Positions 1 to 5,598 of a DNA stretch of 38,487 nt are shown in pieces. Below the pieces are notes generated by a model. That model saw only the letters and a program-made list of their open reading frames with translations, ran no database searches and was not told the origin of the DNA. Within the stretch, counting starts at the first letter, position 1; the number at the start of each line of letters is the position of its first letter. A program made the position numbers and the translations under genes. The stretch comes from Patescibacteria group bacterium. Its GTDB lineage: Bacteria; Patescibacteriota; Minisyncoccia; Minisyncoccales; Staskawiczbacteraceae. The DNA is taken from positions 1-38,487 of the forward strand of contig JBBTQB010000029.1 in assembly GCA_038065835.1 (NCBI GenBank), given 5' to 3'.

Positions 1-25
1 CTTCCTCAAAATTCGCTTGCTCAAT

Positions 26-51
26 TGATGATAGTTCGAATCCTGCACTCT
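26..51. repeat. Arm of the 26-nt palindromic repeat (TGATGATAGTTCGAATCCTGCACTCT), copy at the contig start
   Basis: Identical to 10143-10168 and the reverse complement of 10114-10139 and 38438-38463. It abuts the rpsO stop codon and contains a tRNA T-arm-like string, GTTCGAATCCTGC. Confidence 0.8.
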
Positions 52-363
52 TTACTTTTTTAAACCTAATTTCTTTACTACAACTTTATATCTCTTTTCA
101 TCTTCTTTTTTGAGATACGCTAAAAGTTTTTTCCTTTTTACAACCATTCTAACTAACCCTCTCTTTGAGTGAATATCTTTAGGGTGGTCTTTTAAATGAG
201 AAACTAAATTGTCTATTTCGCCTGATAATAAAGCAATTTGCACATCTGAAGAACCAGTATCCTTTTTATGAATACCATGCTCTTTAATTAGTTTCAATTT
301 TTTTTCTTTTTTGAGCAAGTTTTTAAAAGAATACTGAATTAGGTAGAGTTCAGAATTCATCAT
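52..363 (-). CDS. rpsO: 30S ribosomal protein S15
   Basis: 103-aa ORF. The core GSSDVQIALLSGEIDNLVSHLKDHPKDIHSKRGLVRMVVKRKKLLAYLKK matches the conserved S15 helix pattern (H-x-K-D-x-H-S-x-R-G-L). Confidence 0.9.
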   Translation of the reverse strand: MMNSELYLIQYSFKNLLKKEKKLKLIKEHGIHKKDTGSSDVQIALLSGEIDNLVSHLKDHPKDIHSKRGLVRMVVKRKKLLAYLKKEDEKRYKVVVKKLGLKK

Positions 364-397
364 ATTGCTTATACTCTATTTACTAGAATTTGTAAAA

Positions 398-472
398 TGG
401 TGCCTCCACTGGGAATCGAACCCAGATTGACGGATTAAGAGTCCGCTACTTTGCCAGTTAAGTTATGGAGGC
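398..472 (-). tRNA. tRNA-Lys(CUU), CCA encoded
   Basis: The reverse complement folds as a cloverleaf: acceptor GCCTCCA/TGGAGGC, anticodon stem GCGGA/TCCGT, loop CTCTTAA, T-arm CTGGG-TTCGATT-CCCAG, 3' ACCA. Confidence 0.85.
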
Positions 473-488
473 AAGCAATGAAATCAAT

Positions 489-1031
489 TTAAAATGTAAA
501 TATAAACCAAGTTCCTGGATAACCTAGAATAAATAAGACGGTATTGATAATAAGCCACGAGCCCAAGACCAAAAGTATTCCCCACAATGTTCCCCATAAT
601 ATGCTTTTACCTGTGTCAAATAATTTAGGGTATGCTCCGCCGATTAGCAATAATATACCACCTATTATTATAAGTAGTCCAGCCAAAGGAACAGCTATGG
701 TCCAGATGACAAATTTGTAAATATTTAAAATCAGTATGAAAACATGATATAATTCGCAACGGCAAACAAGTTGAACATTACAAGAGACTCTTGAGCTGCA
801 AGAACTACATGGAACAGTGGAAGTAAATAGTCCAAAAACACCACCAGTAGTAGTACAAATAGTTTCTCTGCCGCAAGGAACTAATCCCTTTGTGCCTCCA
901 TTTGATTCATCACATATAGCTGTTGCCTGAGCCTGAGCCTGAGCTTGAGCCTGAGCCTGAGCTTGAGCAATTACAGGAGGTAAATTTAAAAGCAAAAGTG
1001 ACAATAGAAATAAAAAAAATATCTTTTTCAT
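489..1031 (-). CDS. Secreted Cys-rich protein with C-terminal TM helices, CPR T4SS-pilin-like (TrbC/VirB2-type)
   Basis: Signal peptide MKKIFFLFLLSLLLL, an (AQ)n linker, a Cys-rich segment, then two hydrophobic helices. The architecture matches 37406-38017 and 38086-38427. The family assignment is from memory of PF18895-type proteins. Confidence 0.55.
   Translation of the reverse strand: MKKIFFLFLLSLLLLNLPPVIAQAQAQAQAQAQAQATAICDESNGGTKGLVPCGRETICTTTGGVFGLFTSTVPCSSCSSRVSCNVQLVCRCELYHVFILILNIYKFVIWTIAVPLAGLLIIIGGILLLIGGAYPKLFDTGKSILWGTLWGILLVLGSWLIINTVLFILGYPGTWFIFTF
925..968. repeat. Hexanucleotide microsatellite (GCCTGA/GCTTGA)n encoding the (AQ)n linker
   Basis: About 7 tandem 6-nt units, read directly, lying inside the 489-1031 CDS. 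Confidence 0.85.
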
Positions 1032-1181
1032 ACAATATTAAATAGAAATTAGAAACTGGAAAATATAAGTTTTCATAATATATATGCCCCCAGAAGGACT
1101 TTCATCCCCCACAAATATTTGCCTTGTGCCTCCGGCACGACTCGAACGCGCAACTTATGGTCCGAAGCCATAAATGATATC

Positions 1182-1288
1182 CCCGCCTGCCTCGCTAGTG
1201 CCCTCGGAGGGACTCGAACCCCCAATAACAGGTTCGAAGCCTGTCGTGATATCCATTTCACCACGAGGGCTCGGCATAGGCGGGCAGG
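1182..1288 (-). mobile_element. Family-A GC-rich hairpin element (CCTGCCCGC...GCAGGCGGG) carrying a tRNA gene
   Basis: Its termini are the same as in the copies at 12794, 15152, 15627, 17001, 31991 and 36268. Here the interior is a full tRNA. Confidence 0.6.
1199..1270 (-). tRNA. tRNA-Arg(UCG), nested copy, no encoded CCA
   Basis: GCCCTCG-TG-GTGA-AATGGATA-TCAC-G-ACAGG-CTTCGAA-CCTGT-TATT-GGGGG-TTCGAGT-CCCTC-CGAGGGC-A. Confidence 0.8.
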
Positions 1289-1528
1289 CATTTCACCACG
1301 GAGGCAAATTTTTGTGGGGGACAAGCCCTCAATCTATGGTCAAAAGTCCGTATGTGTTATCTGATTATAGCATAGAGGCAATGTTAGCTAATAATACATT
1401 AAAAATTGAAAAAGAGCAAGAATTAAGATAATATGTACTAATTTCTAATTTCGAAATATTAATAAGTTTTAATAATTCGAAAATTCTAATTTTATTCAAA
1501 ATTCAGAATTAGAAATTCAAAATTTATC

Positions 1529-3169
1529 ATGACAATTCCTAAAGAAATCAAAGCTGTTATCTCAAAATTGCAAAAGGCTGGGTTTCAGGCCTACATTGTC
1601 GGAGGATGTGTAAGAGATTTTTTGCTTGAAACAGAACCCAAAGACTGGGACGTTGCCACTAATGCCAAGCCAGAAGAAATACAGAAAGTTTTTCCAAATA
1701 ACTTTTACGAAAATAGGTTTTTAACGGTCACAGTAAAAACTGGCCCCGTTAGAAACAGCCCGCCCCAAAGGCCCTCTGGGCGCGCTAGCGCGGGCGGTGT
1801 TTCTAACGGGGCTGGCAGCGGTATTAATGAGGTTGAAGTTACAACGTATAGGCTAGAAGCCAAATACTCCGATAAAAGGCATCCAGATGAGATAAGATTT
1901 GCAAAAACTCTAGATGAGGATTTAGAAAGGAGAGACTTTACAGTCAATGCTATGGCGATAAGTGTTCTAAATGATAGAAATGTTCTAGATGTTGTAAATG
2001 GAAAAAATCAAGCGGAGCGATTGAACAAGCGAGCAAGAGCGAGCGATAGAACAGTTAAAACATATACAACAGAAGTTGTGGATTTGTTTGATGGACAGAA
2101 GGATTTGAAAAATAAAATAATAAGAACAGTTGGCAATCCAGAAGAAAGATTTAACGAGGATGCTTTGAGAATGCTAAGGGCTGTTAGGCTAGCCTCAACA
2201 CTGGGTTTTTCCGCTAAAGGCGGACCAGCCTTAGGCTGGAAAATAGAACCAAAAACCGCAGAGGCGATTAAAAAAAACAGCACTTGGTTAGAGACTATTT
2301 CAAAAGAAAGAATCAGAGATGAATTTTTGAAGATTGTTATGTCAGACAATGCATCTGATGGCATAGAGTTGCTCCGTGAACTAGAGCTTTTAAAGTTCAT
2401 TCTGCCAGAGCTTTTAGAAAACTATGGAGTTGGCCAAAATAAACATCACATTTACGACTGCTATACCCATGCCTTAAAAGCTCTAGCGTATACTGCTAAG
2501 AAAAAGTTTAATGTGCACGTGAGGTTAGCTGCTCTTTTCCATGATATTGCAAAACCCAGAGTAAAAGCAGGAGAGGGAAAAGATTCAACATTTTACAACC
2601 ACGAAGTTGTTGGGGCAAAAATGACTTTTGAAATTTTAAACAGATTGAAGTTTTCTAAGAAGGATGTTGAAAAAATAACAAAGCTTGTAAGATATCACTT
2701 GTTTTATTACAATGTTGATGAAGTTTCAGAGTCATCGGTAAGGAGGCTTGTAAAGAATGTGGGGACGGAAAACATAGAAGAGCTTTTACAAGTAAGGCAA
2801 GCTGACAGGATTGGATCTGGCGTTCCCAAAGCCGAGCCCTATAAGTTACGTCACTTAAAATATGTAATAGATAAGGTTTCCCAAGACCCGATTTCAGCCA
2901 AAATGCTAAAAGCTAACGGAAAGGATGTAATGGATATTTTAAATATTCAGCCGGGACCTAAAGTTGGCCAGATATTGAGCGTATTGCTGGGATATGTATT
3001 AGAGGATCCAAAAAAGAATAGTAAAGAGTTCTTGGAAAAAGAAATCAAAAAACTAGGAAAACTTTCTGAAAAAGAATTAGAGAAACTTTCTGTAAAATCA
3101 AAAGAAGAAAGAATGAAAATGGAAACTAAAAAAGATGAAATGACAAAGCAAAAGTATTGGGTTACCTAA
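1529..3169 (+). CDS. cca: CCA-adding tRNA nucleotidyltransferase with C-terminal HD domain
   Basis: N-terminal GGCVRDFLL...DWDVAT polymerase-beta head motif. HD region ...AALFHDIAKP.... Lys/Glu-rich tail. It is needed because many tRNAs here lack an encoded CCA. Confidence 0.85.
   Translation: MTIPKEIKAVISKLQKAGFQAYIVGGCVRDFLLETEPKDWDVATNAKPEEIQKVFPNNFYENRFLTVTVKTGPVRNSPPQRPSGRASAGGVSNGAGSGINEVEVTTYRLEAKYSDKRHPDEIRFAKTLDEDLERRDFTVNAMAISVLNDRNVLDVVNGKNQAERLNKRARASDRTVKTYTTEVVDLFDGQKDLKNKIIRTVGNPEERFNEDALRMLRAVRLASTLGFSAKGGPALGWKIEPKTAEAIKKNSTWLETISKERIRDEFLKIVMSDNASDGIELLRELELLKFILPELLENYGVGQNKHHIYDCYTHALKALAYTAKKKFNVHVRLAALFHDIAKPRVKAGEGKDSTFYNHEVVGAKMTFEILNRLKFSKKDVEKITKLVRYHLFYYNVDEVSESSVRRLVKNVGTENIEELLQVRQADRIGSGVPKAEPYKLRHLKYVIDKVSQDPISAKMLKANGKDVMDILNIQPGPKVGQILSVLLGYVLEDPKKNSKEFLEKEIKKLGKLSEKELEKLSVKSKEERMKMETKKDEMTKQKYWVT
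1743..1812. repeat. Family-D GC-rich palindrome inserted in frame in cca
   Basis: Arms GCCCCGTTAGAAACAGCCCGC (1743-1763) and GCGGGCGGTGTTTCTAACGGGGC (1790-1812). It encodes about GPVRNSPPQRPSGRASAGGVSNGAG. The termini match those of the 5227-5545 element. Confidence 0.7.
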
Positions 3170-3243
3170 TCATTTTTACGAAGATAAAAATGGAATTTTC
3201 AATTTTCAATTTTAAATCAATTTTTAATTCTTTAATTCTAAAA

Positions 3244-3315
3244 CGGGGATTAGTGTAGCGGCAACACGCACCGTTCGGGACGGTGAAACGGTGGGTCCAA
3301 CTCCCACATCCCCGA
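3244..3315 (+). tRNA. tRNA-Pro(CGG), no encoded CCA
   Basis: Acceptor CGGGGAT/ATCCCCG, anticodon arm CACCG-TTCGGGA-CGGTG (G37). The T-loop, read as TCCAACT, is atypical. Confidence 0.8.
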
Positions 3316-3321
3316 CAAAAA

Positions 3322-3531
3322 GGACCTGTAGTTAAATGGTAGAACAGCGCATTCGTCCCGATGGTGAAATTATTTTCACCATACGAGGATCCGCGATGGT
3401 TTTGGTGGGCCCGTGGTCTAACGGCATGACATCACATTCGCATTGTGGAAGTGGGAGTTCAATTCTCCCCGGGTCCACCAAAACTATCGGACATTGCGCA
3501 AATGGCGGTTCGATTCCGCCTAGGTCCACCA
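3322..3531 (+). tRNA. tRNA (Thr(CGU)-like) interrupted in the anticodon loop by a ~137-nt insert, CCA encoded
   Basis: The 5' part GGACCTG-TA-GTTAAATGGTAGAAC-A-GCGCA-TTCGT (3322-3356) and the 3' part AT-TGCGC-AAAT-GGCGG-TTCGATT-CCGCC-TAGGTCC-ACCA (3494-3531) form a cloverleaf. The anticodon call depends on the exact junction (CGT, or CGC/CAC). Confidence 0.55.
3407..3480 (+). tRNA. tRNA-Ala(CGC), nested copy, CCA encoded
   Basis: Acceptor GGGCCCG/CGGGTCC with G3:U70, anticodon arm TCACA-TTCGCAT-TGTGG, T-arm GGGAG-TTCAATT-CTCCC. Confidence 0.85.
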
Positions 3532-3595
3532 AGATTAAACTTTCAGGAATTTTGTCGATTGATTGTATTTTAACAGAGAAATGAACGGGCGACCA

Positions 3596-3635
3596 GCAAA
3601 AAATTTCCTGGGGCCAGGGGCAGGAAATTTTTTGC
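3596..3635. repeat. Family-C hairpin, copy 1
   Basis: Perfect 15-bp stem GCAAAAAATTTCCTG / CAGGAAATTTTTTGC with GC-rich loop GGGCCAGGGG. Outer ACGGG/CCCGT pairing extends the stem. Confidence 0.8.
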
Positions 3636-3690
3636 CCGTACGCCGATGGAAAAAACTTGACTTACGTATGAGTTTTGCTATGATTAACTC

Positions 3691-3975
3691 ATGAAAAAGA
3701 CAATGTTAGAATTTAGTCTTCCAGTATCTATTTTGCGGGAAGGTAAAAAATATGTCGCCTATACACCAGCGCTGGATTTGTCTACTTCTGGTAATACATT
3801 TGAGCAAGCAAAAAAAAGATTCGATGAAATGGTTTATCTTTTTTTTGAAGAAATTTTTAAAAAAGGAACTGCAAAAGAGGTTTTAATGGAATTGGGATGG
3901 CAGAAAATTCATGAAAAATGGAATCCACCAATTGTGATTTCCAATGAGTCGCAGATGGTTAAATTGTCTTACTAG
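3691..3975 (+). CDS. hicB: HicB-like antitoxin (UPF0150 fold)
   Basis: 94 aa. The N-terminus ...FSLPVSILREGKKYVAYTPALDLSTSGNTFEQAKKRFDEMV... is typical of HicB-like domains. The gene is immediately followed by a HicA-like frame. Confidence 0.7.
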   Translation: MKKTMLEFSLPVSILREGKKYVAYTPALDLSTSGNTFEQAKKRFDEMVYLFFEEIFKKGTAKEVLMELGWQKIHEKWNPPIVISNESQMVKLSY

Positions 3976-3976
3976 T

Positions 3977-4207
3977 ATGGCGGGTATAAAACCTATTCAC
4001 TAGAAAAAGTTTGAAAAATTTCTTCTTTTCGCGGGATGTAATTTTGAGCGGGAAAAAGGTGATCACAGGATTTATTGGAGAAAAGATTTAAAAAGGCCGG
4101 TAGTCATTCCTAGAGAAAGCGAATTACCAGTATTTATTATCAGAAATAATTTGAGAGTTTTAAAAATAGATACTACGGAATATCTTGAAATTTTAAAAAG
4201 AATTTAA
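3977..4207 (+). pseudogene. hicA: HicA-like toxin with an in-frame TAG at codon 9
   Basis: Reads MAGIKPIH*KKFEKFLLFAGCNFEREKGDHRIYWRKDLKRPVVIPRESELPVFIIRNNLRVLKIDTTEYLEILKRI. The KG-x-H...IP pattern resembles HicA/YcfA. There is no in-frame start after the stop, and no ORF is listed in the track. Confidence 0.55.
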
Positions 4208-4278
4208 AAGCTAATTGCCTTTTTGAAATTTTGTGCTAGATTTAGCCTAGCCCATTAACATCAAAAAAGGAGAAAAAC

Positions 4279-4827
4279 ATGTCAGAACAAGAAAGTTTAA
4301 GTACCCCCGACGGCGATTCAAAAGATGTGATAGATGAGGCATTGGGGGGACCTGATTCCGATTTGGCGCCGATGCCAAAAGAAGAACCAAGCGTTGAATT
4401 TGATGAGTTGCTGGATGAGGGGAGGCTCGAGATTAAGTCTGTGGAAGATGGAGTCGAAAAAGCAAGAGGTATCCTGGAGGATCTTTTGAAGAACAATAAC
4501 CCAGAAACACGTTCCGAAGAGATCCAAATTCTGCTAGAAAAATCCAAAATAGAAAAGGATCCCGGGCTAATGCAATTGATTGAGAGGGCTGGAAGATCCT
4601 TGGCTTTTGGAGCGGCGCTTAACGGACTTCTCAATGAAATGAATAAACGCCATAAAGGAAGGGCACTCGGCTTTATTGGCGAAAACGATGCAGCCAAGCT
4701 GGAACGCTACTTGCCAACACCAAATCTTGGAAGTAACGATGATTTGGAAAAAAACAGTAGCGACGGAAGAAAGATTGCAGATTTAGGAGAAATACTTGAG
4801 CAGATAGGAAAGCTGGCATCGGCATAA
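4279..4827 (+). CDS. Hypothetical acidic protein (GC-richer than the backbone)
   Basis: 182-aa ORF with AAGGAG 8 nt upstream of the ATG, and a hairpin plus T-run about 15-45 nt downstream. No family recognised. Confidence 0.6.
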   Translation: MSEQESLSTPDGDSKDVIDEALGGPDSDLAPMPKEEPSVEFDELLDEGRLEIKSVEDGVEKARGILEDLLKNNNPETRSEEIQILLEKSKIEKDPGLMQLIERAGRSLAFGAALNGLLNEMNKRHKGRALGFIGENDAAKLERYLPTPNLGSNDDLEKNSSDGRKIADLGEILEQIGKLASA

Positions 4828-4911
4828 CAACACAAAGAAGCCTGAGATTGCATCAAGGGCTTTCTTTTTTGTAAAACAATTAAAACACACAACTTTTTTT
4901 AGTGGCGAGAA

Positions 4912-4949
4912 GGCAAAAATTTTCTGGCCTGGGAGAGAAAATTTTTGCC
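4912..4949. repeat. Family-C hairpin, copy 2
   Basis: Stem GGCAAAAATTTTCT / AGAAAATTTTTGCC with loop GGCCTGGGAG. Orientation and architecture match 3596-3635. Confidence 0.8.
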
Positions 4950-4980
4950 CGCTGGCCGTTCGCCGCTCTGCCCCCGTTTT

Positions 4981-5016
4981 CCGCGCGCCCCGCGGGGCGC
5001 GCGGTGTCCATTTTTC
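4981..5016 (+). terminator. GC-rich hairpin with T-run
   Basis: CCGCGCGCC-CCGCGG-GGCGCGCGG followed by TGTCCATTTTTCG. Confidence 0.45.
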
Positions 5017-5125
5017 GTTTGTTTTTCAAAATCTTTCTTGCTAAAATACAATTAATCCGCTTCGGGGTTTTGCTCGTAGTAAGTTCTAACTTTTTTCAAT
5101 AAAGACCACCTCGTTAGAAGTCTGG

Positions 5126-5189
5126 ACAAAATGCTAATTACGAGACCCGGTCTCGTCAACGAGACCGGGTCTCGTAATTAGCATTTTGT
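5126..5189. repeat. Perfect 29-bp inverted repeat with a 6-nt loop, containing the family-B core ACGAGACCCGGTCTCGT
   Basis: ACAAAATGCTAATTACGAGACCCGGTCTC - GTCAAC - GAGACCGGGTCTCGTAATTAGCATTTTGT. Confidence 0.85.
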
Positions 5190-5226
5190 TGTATGATGCT
5201 TTCTATTTATCGATCTAATAGTTTAA

Positions 5227-5545
5227 CCCCGTAGAATTTAAATTACATCCGCCAAGGGCCGCGGGTCTCGTACTAAATCAGCTTTAGAAGCCCAAAAATG
5301 ATATGATTTCAAGGAGTAACGAGGAGACTTATCAGGCGGTCAGCGATAAGTCGACGAAGTTGCGACACAGAAATCAGCCATTTTTGGGCTCCCCCGAAGG
5401 GCGGGTGAATTCAGGCAAGATTCATCGTTGCTTGTCGCTCACAATGCGATTGCATTAGGCTCGCTCCTCGCGCCTTGAATCTTGCCTGAATTCTGACCGC
5501 TAAATTGATTCGGTACGAGACCCGCGGCCCAAGCTTCTAACGGGG
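5227..5545. mobile_element. ~320-nt multi-helix element (MITE-like, or an unknown structured RNA) with family-D termini
   Basis: Nested perfect helices: 5227-5236/5535-5545, 5256-5273/5513-5530 (18 bp), 5289-5300/5379-5390 (12 bp), 5407-5424/5476-5493 (18 bp), plus small hairpins. Confidence 0.5.
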
Positions 5546-5550
5546 TCCAT

Positions 5551-5586
5551 AAAAAAGCCGCTTTTTGTTCTGGGTTAAAAAGCGGC
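5551..5586 (-). terminator. Rho-independent terminator of the 5599-6573 gene
   Basis: On the minus strand: GCCGCTTTTT-loop-AAAAAGCGGC followed by TTTTTT. Confidence 0.7.
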
Positions 5587-5598
5587 AAGTGGGATAGA

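Larger units (their letters stand above)
1127..1305 (-). tRNA. tRNA-Arg(UCG) gene interrupted in the D-loop by a 107-nt insert (split gene or pseudogene)
   Basis: Joining 1305-1289 to 1181-1127 reconstitutes a 72-nt cloverleaf: acceptor GCCTCCG/CGGAGGC, D-arm GTGA-AATGGATA-TCAT, anticodon arm TATGG-CTTCGGA-CCATA, T-arm GCGCG-TTCGAGT-CGTGC. Confidence 0.6.

Noticed and set aside
1073-1431. Three overlapping ORFs (1073-1324 minus, 1119-1364 plus, 1174-1431 plus)
   Set aside because: They run across the nested tRNA-Arg genes and their GC-rich hairpins. The open frames are a by-product of the GC-rich structured sequence, and there is no RBS or recognisable protein features.
3332-3584. ORFs 3332-3532 (minus) and 3336-3584 (plus)
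   Set aside because: They lie entirely over the Thr-like/Ala tRNA locus, so they are spurious.
4001-4003. TAG reassignment or readthrough in the hicA-like frame
   Set aside because: TAG also ends ordinary ORFs in the window, for example hicB at 3973-3975. A single in-frame TAG in a toxin gene is better explained as inactivation.
3596-4949. Calling the family-C hairpins integron attC sites outright
   Set aside because: No intI, attI or Pc is present, there are only two copies, and I could not identify the conserved R'/R'' core sites by eye. This is kept only as a low-weight hypothesis in the findings.
5227-5545. Identification of the 320-nt structured element as RNase P RNA, tmRNA, SRP RNA, 6S RNA, a group I/II intron or a retron msr-msd
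   Set aside because: I could not find the universal RNase P strings (GAGGAAAGUCC / ACAGAA), a tRNA-like tmRNA end, the SRP GGAA/AGCA domain-IV motif, or intron cores. No reverse transcriptase or other partner ORF is adjacent. It is kept as an unclassified element.
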